DNA from: Candidatus Heimdallarchaeum aukensis
GTDB lineage: Archaea; Asgardarchaeota; Heimdallarchaeia; Heimdallarchaeales; Heimdallarchaeaceae
Assembly (NCBI GenBank): GCA_021513695.1
Contig: CP084166.1
Span: forward strand, 1,536,001 to 1,600,000
Reading direction: 5' to 3'
Length of the DNA stretch: 64,000 bases
Shown here: positions 1 to 8,993 of the stretch, one piece after another
How the letters are laid out: each line of letters starts with the position of its first letter
Numbering within the stretch: the stretch's first letter is position 1
Translations under genes and position numbers: made by a program
Notes under the pieces: generated by a model
Seen by the model: only the letters and a program-made list of their open reading frames with translations
Database searches by the model: none
What the model was told of the DNA's origin: nothing

Positions 1-327
1 TTTGGTTGAACGGTTCGTTGTTAAAACTCCAGGTAGAATTCCCGTCTCACAGAGAATTTGAAAACCGTTACATATTCCTATAACAAAATTCCCTTGCTCT
101 ACAAATTTAGGCAATTCTTGCATTATTGCTGTTTTTGCTGCAATAACTCCTGGTCTTAGGTAATCCCCAAAAGAAAATCCTCCTGCAATGATTAGAGCAT
201 TTAAATCTTTCAATTTATCTGCATCCTTTTCGTAAATCAGTACACCTTCGACACCAAATGATGAGAGAGCTCTTAAAACATCTTGTTCATTGTTTGTTCC
301 TGGAAATTTTGTTACCCCTATTTTCAT
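1..327 (-). CDS. purQ: Phosphoribosylformylglycinamidine synthase subunit PurQ (glutaminase), N-terminal part; gene continues past the window edge
   Basis: Reverse-complement translation from ATG at 327 gives MKIGVTKFPGTNNEQDV...GICNGFQILCETGILPG, including the class-I glutamine amidotransferase GxCNGxQ motif. Not in the ORF track because it is truncated at the window edge. Confidence 0.7.
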   Translation of the reverse strand, partial: MKIGVTKFPGTNNEQDVLRALSSFGVEGVLIYEKDADKLKDLNALIIAGGFSFGDYLRPGVIAAKTAIMQELPKFVEQGNFVIGICNGFQILCETGILPGVLTTNRSTK

Positions 328-339
328 TATCATCATCCT

Positions 340-1329
340 TTATTCAAAAGAGAAGTCTATTGAGTAAGTTTCAATTAGAGGATTTGCCAGAATTTCATTA
401 CTTATTGTTTCTGTGACATCCCAAAGTTTTGACCCAGGAGCAGATGTAAAACTAATAACAACGCTTTTTCCGATATTTACTTTTGATACCTGCTTGTAAC
501 CAAGACGTAATAAAGAGCGAATGGTTATATCTCCAGCAGGATCTAGAACTGATTCTTTCAAATCGATTGTAACTCTAACTTTAGTCTTTAACTCTATTTT
601 TGGAAGCTCTTTAATTTGTTCTAATCTAAGAGCAATGTCATTATAATGGTCTACAACGTTACCTAGATCTTTTCTATATCTATCTTTGTCTTTTATTTCC
701 CCAGAACTCATTTCCCATAGACGCATCGTATCAGCAGATATCTCATCAGCTAAAATGAGTTTGCCATCTGTTGTTCTTCCAAATTCTAATTTAAAATCAA
801 CTAAAGTTAAACCAATTTTCTTGAACACTTCTCTTAAAATATAGTTTACTGCTAATGTTACAGCTTTTATAATTATTTTTTCTTTTTCATTAATCCAACC
901 TAATCTTATTGCTACTTCTTCAGTAACCAAAGGGTCATGAAGTTCATCATTTTTATAAAAGAGTTCAACGATAGGTTTCTCAAAGGAAATACCTTTCTCT
1001 ACACCATATCTTCTACAGAAGCTTCCTGCTGTAATATTCCTACAAACTGATTCAACAGGAATAATTTCCACTTTTTTACAAATGAGTTCATTTGATGATT
1101 CTTGTTTCAAATAATGTGTTTCAACCCCATAATGGTGAAGAACTTCAAACAATATCCGTGATATTTTACAATTAGCTTCTCCCTTTCCTTTTAGTTCATC
1201 AATTTTGACACCATCAAATGCCGATATCGAATTTCTAAATACAATCTTAACTTTTTCATCATCAAGAATTATAACATCTTTTGCTTTTCCAGAATATAAT
1301 TGTTCCAACACAAACCACCATTGCACCAT
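340..1329 (-). CDS. purC: SAICAR synthetase (PurC) with a C-terminal PurS-like domain; apparent PurC-PurS fusion
   Basis: The N-terminal 235 aa or so align by eye to PurC (LYSGKAKDV, FRNSISAFDG, LVDFKLEFG, RLWE). The last 85 aa or so (KVRVTIDLKESVLDPAG...LANPLIETYSIDF) match the PurS family, including the ANP(V/L)IE motif. The gene lies directly upstream of purQ. Confidence 0.75.
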   Translation of the reverse strand: MVQWWFVLEQLYSGKAKDVIILDDEKVKIVFRNSISAFDGVKIDELKGKGEANCKISRILFEVLHHYGVETHYLKQESSNELICKKVEIIPVESVCRNITAGSFCRRYGVEKGISFEKPIVELFYKNDELHDPLVTEEVAIRLGWINEKEKIIIKAVTLAVNYILREVFKKIGLTLVDFKLEFGRTTDGKLILADEISADTMRLWEMSSGEIKDKDRYRKDLGNVVDHYNDIALRLEQIKELPKIELKTKVRVTIDLKESVLDPAGDITIRSLLRLGYKQVSKVNIGKSVVISFTSAPGSKLWDVTETISNEILANPLIETYSIDFSFE

Positions 1330-1549
1330 ATTGCAAATTTATTTGATGTTTAATTTGATACGAAAATTTTATTAGATTAATAAATGTTGCGGAATACAAC
1401 GAAAAAATAGCATAAAATGGTTAATAGCGAGAATAGAGCGTTAAAAAAACAGCCATCTAATGAGGAAGTGTTTTGCACCATTATGCAACACCCAATGTTG
1501 TTGCTTAAAAAAATTTAACAATGAGTATATTTTTATTGTTCTGAGTGCA

Positions 1550-2329
1550 ATGAGTTCATTAGATAGTTACTTTGATGCTAAAGAAAAGCTTATGGTTCTC
1601 AATCTACTAAGAATGGTTTTTAAAAAATTTACAACTCTTGAAGATCTTAAAACATATCTCGATAATAAAGGAGTGGAAATTTCAATAGCAAATTTATCTA
1701 GATATATTAATGGAAAAGCTCTTCCAAAATCAAAGTTAAAAGATAAATTATTAGAAGTGCTTGTTGGGAATAGAGAACTTGGTTTGGACATCGACTTACT
1801 TACACACAAGCATATTGAGATTTGGCCTAGCGAGTATGGGATAGCTGTCAACAATGGTCATTTGTTGAATGACTCAAAAGCTCTTAATGCGATATTGTTT
1901 ATGGCAATTTATAAACAGTTTATCCCAACTGATGTTGATAAAGTTATTACAGCAGAAGTTGATGGTATTGTAATTGCTAGTACTTTAGCTCATTTGCTAA
2001 ACATTGATTGTGTATATGCTAGAAAGAAAAAGCCTACAGGTTCATTTCGCTGTTTATCAGAGGATATTCAATCTGCAACAGCAAGTAGAATCGAAACTCT
2101 TTATTTTCCTGAGAAATATATAAGAAAAAATGAAAGGGTTATCATTATTGATGATATAATCCGTTCAGGTTCTACACAAAAAGCTTTAGTAAATCTTGTA
2201 AGAAAGGCAGGAGGAATCCCAGTTAAAGTAATTATTCTTATTGGTATTGGCTCTCATTGGGAGAAGATTACAAAATTAAGTAATATACCTTTTAAAGCCT
2301 TGACAGTTGTACCTCGGTCTGAAACCTAA
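1550..2329 (+). CDS. HTH plus phosphoribosyltransferase-domain protein, PurR/GfcR-like putative regulator; the ORF track starts at 1460, but the internal ATG at 1550 is the more likely start
   Basis: The C-terminal PRTase fold carries the PRPP-binding motif VIIIDDIIRSGST, and there is an N-terminal helical DNA-binding-like region. It is transcribed divergently from the purC-purS-purQ operon, as Bacillus PurR is from its pur targets. Confidence 0.55.
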   Translation: MSSLDSYFDAKEKLMVLNLLRMVFKKFTTLEDLKTYLDNKGVEISIANLSRYINGKALPKSKLKDKLLEVLVGNRELGLDIDLLTHKHIEIWPSEYGIAVNNGHLLNDSKALNAILFMAIYKQFIPTDVDKVITAEVDGIVIASTLAHLLNIDCVYARKKKPTGSFRCLSEDIQSATASRIETLYFPEKYIRKNERVIIIDDIIRSGSTQKALVNLVRKAGGIPVKVIILIGIGSHWEKITKLSNIPFKALTVVPRSET

Positions 2330-2454
2330 AATTTAGAAAAATTTTTTGTAACTAATTACACATTTTTCGAAACATAAACGAGTTTTAGAAAATTAAAATA
2401 TCCAATTTCCTATACCAAATGTTTTTTTAGAAGAATAGTATTATTCTAATTGTC

Positions 2455-3450
2455 ATGTCTACGACTGATGTTTATTCAAAACTGACAAGTAATTTAAGCC
2501 AATCAATTTTTTCTATCCTAATGGGGGCATTATTTAGTGCAGTTATTTTATTGTTGTTTCCTGAGACATCGACGCTTATCCTTTTTATATTTGAGATACC
2601 TTTAGGTTTCTTAATTGCTTTAATTATTACAACAGAGTGTTTGTATGAATACAGAGATGAAATATCGCTCGATACAACAGTTAAAATGATTGGTCCATTA
2701 TTTAAATCTATTTTAATTTCAATCCCTGTTATTTTCCTTTATAGCGCAATCATTATCATATTACAGGCAGTTATTCCATCTTTTCAAGAAGTTCTAGAAG
2801 AATTTTTAGCTAAAAACGTTCAAGCAATAAGAGAAACAATAATTGCGATTCCTATTTTATTTTTTATCCCAAACATTATCATGGCGGCTTGTATGCCCAT
2901 TTTTCTTTACTCATACGCAAAAATACATGTCTTACTCTTTGGAAAACCAAAAGAGAGAGCAAAAGCTAAAAAATCATTTGAACAAGAAAGAGCTGAGCTC
3001 GAATTTAAAGAAAAGAAAGAAGATGTTCTTAAACAAATTTATGATGAAAATATCCGAATGCAGCAATACCTTCTTGAGTTACAAGTTCTTCCTAAAGAAA
3101 TTGAAAAAATAAACAGTCATGAAAGCTATAAAGCATTACTTTCACGATTAGAAATGATGAGCTCATATGTAGAATCAGTAGGGGGTTTTTCAGATAAAAG
3201 TTATAAAAATATATTAGAGGAGGAAGATGTAAAAGAAAGTCTTTCAACTCTTAATATTCAAAGGAATGCTGTTGCAGAAAAAGTGAAAGAGTACATCAAA
3301 GATCTTAAGAAATCGAAGAAACAATATGAAAAGCCTATAGACGAAGAAGAATTTGAAGAGGAAGATGTAGAAGAAAAAGAAACCCATGAAGAGATCACGG
3401 AAGAAGAAAAAGAAACTGAAGAAAGAACAAATGAAAAAAAGACAGAATAA
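2455..3450 (+). CDS. Hypothetical membrane protein with a coiled-coil region and a very acidic Glu-rich C-terminal tail
   Basis: Several hydrophobic helices in the N-terminal half, a K/E-rich coiled-coil-like segment, and a poly-E tail. No motif recognised. Confidence 0.4.
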   Translation: MSTTDVYSKLTSNLSQSIFSILMGALFSAVILLLFPETSTLILFIFEIPLGFLIALIITTECLYEYRDEISLDTTVKMIGPLFKSILISIPVIFLYSAIIIILQAVIPSFQEVLEEFLAKNVQAIRETIIAIPILFFIPNIIMAACMPIFLYSYAKIHVLLFGKPKERAKAKKSFEQERAELEFKEKKEDVLKQIYDENIRMQQYLLELQVLPKEIEKINSHESYKALLSRLEMMSSYVESVGGFSDKSYKNILEEEDVKESLSTLNIQRNAVAEKVKEYIKDLKKSKKQYEKPIDEEEFEEEDVEEKETHEEITEEEKETEERTNEKKTE

Positions 3451-3480
3451 AAAATTAAAATATTGAAAATAAGGAAAAAA

Positions 3481-4161
3481 CTATTTTGCTTTTTTATAAG
3501 CATCTAGTAACTTAGAGATATATCCATCTTCAGGATATGCTCCTTCAAATTCGACTAACAACTTGTTTCCTTGCAGAATGACTGTTTTTGGTACTCCCAT
3601 AACATAATACTTCTGTGATAATTCTGGAAACTCTGTTGCTTCAACCATTTCTCCAGTTATATTAGGATTAGCCATAGCAGATTTGTGAGCTAATCTTACT
3701 GCTTGAGGGCAGTAGGGACATGTGGGAGTTATAAAAACTTGTATATGAAGAGCCTTATCAATTTTTTCGAGTTTCTTAAGTGTCTCTTCTTTTAATGTAA
3801 CTTTTCCTAAAGAGATGTCAAGAATATCTTCAATAATTGTTCCAAATTCGTATCCAGAGGGGATACCTGTAAGAAGAACTTTTCCTTTAACAATTGGTCC
3901 TTCGAGAATTATGGCAGGAAAATTTACTATACCATATTTTTCGATCTCATCATCATTTTCTCCAGTTTTATATTCTTCAAGTTTAATTTTTCCTTCTGGA
4001 GCAAGTTCTGCAATTATTTTAATAATTTCTTTTGTTTCGTTGCAAGTTAAACATCTGTCATCTGAAAGGAAAAGCTTCGCTATGACTGTATTTTCCATAT
4101 GCAAAAGCATTTCTCTTACTTGGTGTTTAATATCATCACTTATATTGATACTCATAATCAT
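3481..4161 (-). CDS. Protein disulfide oxidoreductase (PDO, glutaredoxin-like), two thioredoxin-fold units
   Basis: Two CxxC motifs (CLTC and CPYC) in a 226-aa protein, the same length and layout as archaeal PDO. Confidence 0.7.
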   Translation of the reverse strand: MIMSINISDDIKHQVREMLLHMENTVIAKLFLSDDRCLTCNETKEIIKIIAELAPEGKIKLEEYKTGENDDEIEKYGIVNFPAIILEGPIVKGKVLLTGIPSGYEFGTIIEDILDISLGKVTLKEETLKKLEKIDKALHIQVFITPTCPYCPQAVRLAHKSAMANPNITGEMVEATEFPELSQKYYVMGVPKTVILQGNKLLVEFEGAYPEDGYISKLLDAYKKAK

Positions 4162-4310
4162 TACCTTTTTGTTTTATATATATTTCTTCAAAATTATTTT
4201 TTTAAATATTAGCTTCTAACAAAAAAACATTACTCTAAATAAGAAACAAGAAAAATTACAATTTTTTATACAAGAAATATTAGTCAAATAAACTATCTAT
4301 TCCCCAAAAC

Positions 4311-4583
4311 TTAACCAGTTCTTTTAATGATATGAAATCCGAACTCAGTTTTAACAATATCAGATAATTCGCCCTTCTTCAAGGAGAAGGCAGCTTTTTC
4401 AAATTCTTTAACCATTTGACCATGGGTGAAAAAACCTAGGTTTCCTCCTCTTTTCTTACTTGGGCATGTTGAGTATTTTCTAGCTAATTCCGCAAAATCA
4501 GCTCCATCTTGTAATTCTTTCAATATTCTTTCAGCCTCAGATCTCTTTTTTACTAAAATATGACTTGCCTTAACTTTAACCAT
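4311..4583 (-). CDS. Parvulin-type (PpiC) peptidyl-prolyl cis-trans isomerase
   Basis: A 90-aa single parvulin domain with the ASHILVK...GG(N/K)LG(F)F...GFHIIKR pattern. Confidence 0.7.
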   Translation of the reverse strand: MVKVKASHILVKKRSEAERILKELQDGADFAELARKYSTCPSKKRGGNLGFFTHGQMVKEFEKAAFSLKKGELSDIVKTEFGFHIIKRTG

Positions 4584-4652
4584 TTTATCACCATTTTATT
4601 AAGTTACATATTATTTTAAAACTATTCGTATAAAAGCAATAACTTATTTCTG

Positions 4653-4937
4653 TTATTCTTCTCTTTTTATGATGTGATAGCCTATTTTTGTTTTAACAAC
4701 ACCAGATATTTCACCTTTGTTGAGTTTAAAGGCCACATCCTCAAATTCCTTAATCATTCTTCCTTTTGAAAATTCAGGAAGTTTTCCACCATTTTTTCTT
4801 GTAGTACAAAGAGAATGGGTTTTTGCAAGGTTATTAAAATCAGCCCCATGTTTTAATTTCTCTAAAATTTGCTCAGCCTCGGAATATTTTTTTACAAAGA
4901 TATGGGATACCTTTACTTTATCTGTCACTTTTACCAT
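4653..4937 (-). CDS. Parvulin-type PPIase, tandem paralog
   Basis: A 94-aa paralog of the adjacent gene (VSHIFVKK...GYHIIKR). Confidence 0.65.
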   Translation of the reverse strand: MVKVTDKVKVSHIFVKKYSEAEQILEKLKHGADFNNLAKTHSLCTTRKNGGKLPEFSKGRMIKEFEDVAFKLNKGEISGVVKTKIGYHIIKREE

Positions 4938-5060
4938 CCTATTTTTTTTAGAGAATAGCCTATAATATAGAGAATACTAACAGCATATTTATAAAGGATA
5001 AATCCTATTTAACACTTTTGAATAAGGAAAGAATCTTTTTCCATTTTAAAAAAAAGAAAA

Positions 5061-5753
5061 TTATTCAAGTATTATTCTTGCATCTATTGCTTTTAAGCCC
5101 TCTTCAGTAACCATTACGGGATTTAAGTCCATTTCTTTAATTTCAGGATGGTCTTCAACAAGCTTTGAGATATTTAGAAGTAGAGACTTTAAATCATCCA
5201 TTTTCAAAGCAGGCATTCCTCTAAAACCTTCTAACATCTTTCTTCCTTTTATTTCACGGTACATTTCTTCTACATCATTTTCAGAGATTGGAATTAACCT
5301 AAAAGAAACATCCTTGTAAACTTCTACGAAAATTCCTCCAATGCCAAAAGCAATCATCTTTCCAAATTGAGGGTCGGTAGTTTGGCCTATCAACACTTCA
5401 ACACCCGAGACCATCTCTTCTATTGAGAAACCCTCTATTTTCGCTCCAGGATGGTAAGATGTTACCGATTCCATCATTTCTTCATATGCCTTCTTCAATT
5501 CTGAATCTGATTTTATACCTACCTTTACTCCTCCAGCTTCTGTTTTGTGAATAATATCCTCTGAAATTACTTTAAGGACTACAGGATAGCCGATTTCGTT
5601 TGCTTTTACTATGCACTCATCTAAATCTTTTGCTACTGCAATTTTGTTTAGAGGAACTCCAGCTAGTTCCATAACCTTTCTTGATTCTTCATAGGTTAGG
5701 ACATTACGTCCTTGACCCTTTACTTCTTCAAATATTTTATTAATTTCATTCAT
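5061..5753 (-). CDS. Acetyl-CoA synthetase (ADP-forming) beta subunit, ATP-grasp domain
   Basis: ATP-grasp-like sequence of about 230 aa directly downstream of the CoA-binding alpha subunit, with a start/stop junction at 5753/5754. Confidence 0.7.
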   Translation of the reverse strand: MNEINKIFEEVKGQGRNVLTYEESRKVMELAGVPLNKIAVAKDLDECIVKANEIGYPVVLKVISEDIIHKTEAGGVKVGIKSDSELKKAYEEMMESVTSYHPGAKIEGFSIEEMVSGVEVLIGQTTDPQFGKMIAFGIGGIFVEVYKDVSFRLIPISENDVEEMYREIKGRKMLEGFRGMPALKMDDLKSLLLNISKLVEDHPEIKEMDLNPVMVTEEGLKAIDARIILE

Positions 5754-7187
5754 TTATTTACACCCCTCATATCTTCTTGTTAAACTATCGACATTTTCTC
5801 TTCTGAGGAATTTTCCTCTATCAACTAATGCTTTCATCGCAATAACTGCTCTCTCAGCAGAAGGCAAGGTTGGTATACCTTTGTAGTTCAACCATTTGAA
5901 AGCTTCTAAATGGTCCATTCCAACAAAAGCACAAACTATAGGTTTTTTAGTTGTTGTGCTAACTTGATAAATTGCATCAGCAACTTTATCAGGAACAGCT
6001 CTTGACCCTGGATTAAATAAGGGACAAACACCATCAACTTCTGGAGCATCAACCAAAATTTGCAATACTTTTCTAAACCTAACATGATCTGCGTCACCGA
6101 TAATATCAACAGGGTTTTGTTTACTCCAAGTTGGAGGACAGACTTCATTTATTTTGGCAACTGTTTCTTTGCTTAATGTTGCTAGCTTCAACCCCACGTC
6201 TGCTGCCTTATCTGCTGAAATGACTATTATTCCTCCAGCATTACTCAAGATTGCGATATTTTCTCCATCAGGTGGAAGTTGAGTGCTAAATGCTTGAGCA
6301 ACATCAAATAATTCAAACCATTCTTTTGCTCGATATACCCCAGCTTGTTTAAAAGCAGCCTCATAACTTGCATCCTGTGTACTAATGGAACCAGTGTGAC
6401 TTGAAGCAGCAGCTGCTCCGTATGAAGTCCGCCCAGATTTTAAAACTACAATAGGTTGTCTCCAAGTAATTTTTTTAGCTTCTTCAAAGAATTTTCGTCC
6501 ATCTGGCATGCTTTCTACATAGAGTCCGATACATTTCGTTTTATAATCGTCAGCAAAATACTCCAGCAAATCAGCATCATCTACATCTGCTTTGTTTCCA
6601 ATACTAATGAAGTGAGAGTAACCTATTCCTACTTTATTGCTGTGCAGTATTGCTGAAATACAGAGAGCTCCTGATTGACTAATGAAAGCGAGAGTGCCTT
6701 TTTGTGGGGCTTCATCAGCGAATGTACCATTGAATTGAATATGCGGATTATAAATACCCAGACAATTTGGTCCTACAATTCGCATATTATAACTTCTAGC
6801 TATCTTTACTATTTCTTCTTCTGCATCTTTTTTACCAGTTTCTCCAAAACCCGCTGTAATAATAACTGCTGCTTTTACTCCTTTTTTTCCACATTCATGA
6901 AGAACAGAGATAACAAATTGGGGAGGAACAACAATAATTGCTTGATCTACCTCATCAGGCACATCTAAAATGGACTTATATGCTTTAAATCCCAGTATCT
7001 CGTCTGCTTTAGGATGAACTGGAAAGATTTTACCTTGAAATCCCTTTTTTCTATCAGTTTCACCCACTAAATAATGAACTATATTATCCATAATCCTGTT
7101 TCCTATTTTATCAGGAGTGGGAGTTGCACCTATAATAGCTACTGATTTTGGTTCAAAAAGAGCTTTTATTCCAGGATCGGTATTCAA
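5754..7187 (-). CDS. Acetyl-CoA synthetase (ADP-forming) alpha subunit, CoA-binding and succinyl-CoA-synthetase-like flavodoxin domains
   Basis: VAIIGATP...KIG N-terminal CoA-binding motif, and a GPNCLG motif typical of the NDP-forming acyl-CoA synthetase family. Confidence 0.75.
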   Translation of the reverse strand: MNTDPGIKALFEPKSVAIIGATPTPDKIGNRIMDNIVHYLVGETDRKKGFQGKIFPVHPKADEILGFKAYKSILDVPDEVDQAIIVVPPQFVISVLHECGKKGVKAAVIITAGFGETGKKDAEEEIVKIARSYNMRIVGPNCLGIYNPHIQFNGTFADEAPQKGTLAFISQSGALCISAILHSNKVGIGYSHFISIGNKADVDDADLLEYFADDYKTKCIGLYVESMPDGRKFFEEAKKITWRQPIVVLKSGRTSYGAAAASSHTGSISTQDASYEAAFKQAGVYRAKEWFELFDVAQAFSTQLPPDGENIAILSNAGGIIVISADKAADVGLKLATLSKETVAKINEVCPPTWSKQNPVDIIGDADHVRFRKVLQILVDAPEVDGVCPLFNPGSRAVPDKVADAIYQVSTTTKKPIVCAFVGMDHLEAFKWLNYKGIPTLPSAERAVIAMKALVDRGKFLRRENVDSLTRRYEGCK

Positions 7188-7349
7188 ATTTATCGACTCC
7201 AGTGTTTAGTTGAACAAAATTAAACTCATTTAAAACATTAATGTTAAGTAATTATAACAACAAAAGAAGATAAACCAATAGAATGGAGATATGTCTAAAT
7301 AGTAATATTCACCCATCATTTATATAAAAGAAAATGAGATTAACAAATA

Positions 7350-8993
7350 ATGAAAAAAAATCCCTTTTGGTTTCCAAAAATTTTGATAATTGTAATTTTT
7401 ATCCTTAATTTTTTTATTCTGCAAAATTCAACCCAATTTTTACTTAATGTTTCTGCTATAGAAAATGAAACAAATTATTATGGAATAAAGAGCCAACAAC
7501 CAATATTTATTGAAAGTGATGAAGATTTTGAAAAATATAATTTTAGAGGAGATGGAACTAGTTCCAATCCCTATTTAATTAAAAATTTAGTAATTATCGG
7601 AAAAACAATTGCAATTTCAGTAAAAAATACAACCAAGCATTTTACCATTGTTGATTGTAGAATCAGATTTTGCGATATTGGTATTTTTATTTTTAATGCA
7701 TCAAAAGGAACCGCTACCATAATAAATAATTCTCTTTCATACATCCAAGATCAAAATGCGTTGGGTTCAGTAGGTCAAGCAATTTTTGTATCAGAATCAG
7801 AAGGAGTAAGAATTGAAGGTAATAAAGTCATTGATTCTGATATCGCAATTTTTCTTTCCCAATCCTCGTATTCACAAGTACTTAACAACACTATAAAAGA
7901 AAAATATGGAATAACAGTTATTTCTTCCTCAAAAACTGTAATTGAGAATAATTCACTTACAAACTGTGGATTAAACATATATGGAAAATCAGAAATTGAA
8001 GAATATAATTCCTATATTATAAGAAACAACCTTGTAAATGGAAAAAAACTAGGATATTTTGTAGATCTTAATGATGTAATTATTGAAGAGGATATTTATG
8101 GTCAAATACTCCTAATCAATTGTACAAACTTTCTAATAGAAAATCAAGTTCTGGCTGATACGACAACAGGAATAACCATGTATTTTTCTAAGAATATTGA
8201 AATTTCTAATTCTTATTCTCGTTCTAATATTTTTGAAGGTATTGCAGTTTACGGTTCGTCAAACATTTACATTCATAATTCAATATTTGAAGAAAATGGA
8301 TTTGGGTTTACAGGTTGCGGAATTAGACTTAGAGAAACAGAAAATAGTATAATAGAGGACAATGTTATGAGGTATAACAAAGGAGATGGTGGAATATTAG
8401 CTTCACTTACTAATAATATAATAATAAGAAATAACGTTTTATCTTTCAATAAAGGAGAGGGTATTGCTCTAAAAACATGCAACAACACAGAAATTCAAGA
8501 AAACATTTGTTTTGGAAATGGGATTGATGGTTTGTCTCTTCTAGCTACAAATAACTCATTAATTACAGAAAACTATTTTGTTGAAAATGCTGAAACTGGG
8601 ATTTTTCTTTTCGACTCGAGTTACAATTCAATAATAAACAATACTATTATGAACAATTATAATTATGGTATAATGCTAATGGATGCAATTGCAGACAATA
8701 AAGTAAGATGCAGGGAGAATATTGTCTATCTCAATTTTTTTATCAACAATAATGCTAATGGAACATCTCAAGCATTTGATAACGGATACAATAACAAGTG
8801 GTATAATGAAACTATGGAAATTGGAAATTACTGGTCAGACAATTCTAAGAGAAAATATGCAATAAGTGGAACAGCAAATTCATTTGACAAATTTCCAATA
8901 GATCAAAATTTGAAGAGAGTCTCATTTATCAATTTTGGATTTGTTTTAATAGTGGTTTGCGTTGCCACGATAATAAAAAAAGTAAAGAATTAG
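7350..8993 (+). CDS. Secreted or cell-surface protein with right-handed parallel beta-helix repeats, N-terminal signal peptide and C-terminal TM anchor
   Basis: Hydrophobic N-terminus; many repeated N-x-I/V-x-x-N segments (NNSLT, NNTI, NNLV, ENNV) typical of pectate-lyase or NosD-like beta-helices; C-terminal hydrophobic stretch followed by KKVKN. Confidence 0.55.
   Translation: MKKNPFWFPKILIIVIFILNFFILQNSTQFLLNVSAIENETNYYGIKSQQPIFIESDEDFEKYNFRGDGTSSNPYLIKNLVIIGKTIAISVKNTTKHFTIVDCRIRFCDIGIFIFNASKGTATIINNSLSYIQDQNALGSVGQAIFVSESEGVRIEGNKVIDSDIAIFLSQSSYSQVLNNTIKEKYGITVISSSKTVIENNSLTNCGLNIYGKSEIEEYNSYIIRNNLVNGKKLGYFVDLNDVIIEEDIYGQILLINCTNFLIENQVLADTTTGITMYFSKNIEISNSYSRSNIFEGIAVYGSSNIYIHNSIFEENGFGFTGCGIRLRETENSIIEDNVMRYNKGDGGILASLTNNIIIRNNVLSFNKGEGIALKTCNNTEIQENICFGNGIDGLSLLATNNSLITENYFVENAETGIFLFDSSYNSIINNTIMNNYNYGIMLMDAIADNKVRCRENIVYLNFFINNNANGTSQAFDNGYNNKWYNETMEIGNYWSDNSKRKYAISGTANSFDKFPIDQNLKRVSFINFGFVLIVVCVATIIKKVKN

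Noticed and set aside
1567-1854. Antisense or overlapping short ORFs from the six-frame track (for example 1567-1854, 2843-3112, 3258-3503, 3815-4219, 4717-4965, 5936-6148, 6456-6968, 7775-7978, 8273-8488, 9337-9531, 9986-10192, 10975-11220, 11371-11610, 15315-15890, 16570-16797, 17905-18372, 19262-19956, 21013-21234, 22194-22412, 23541-24188, 26105-26314, 27361-27774, 28533-28790, 29114-29396, 29873-30085, 32530-32766, 38158-38388, 39246-40291, 41403-41639, 44503-44685, 45589-45771, 46560-46955, 47574-48057, 49912-50118, 50390-50773, 51853-52150, 52247-52880, 54558-54746, 55311-55601, 57377-57692, 58198-58428, 59548-59814, 60294-60497, 60812-61153, 61385-62000, 62382-62750, 62867-63154)
   Set aside because: Each lies inside, or antisense to, a longer ORF with clear family homology. 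They have low-complexity or hydrophobic translations typical of AT-rich shadow frames.
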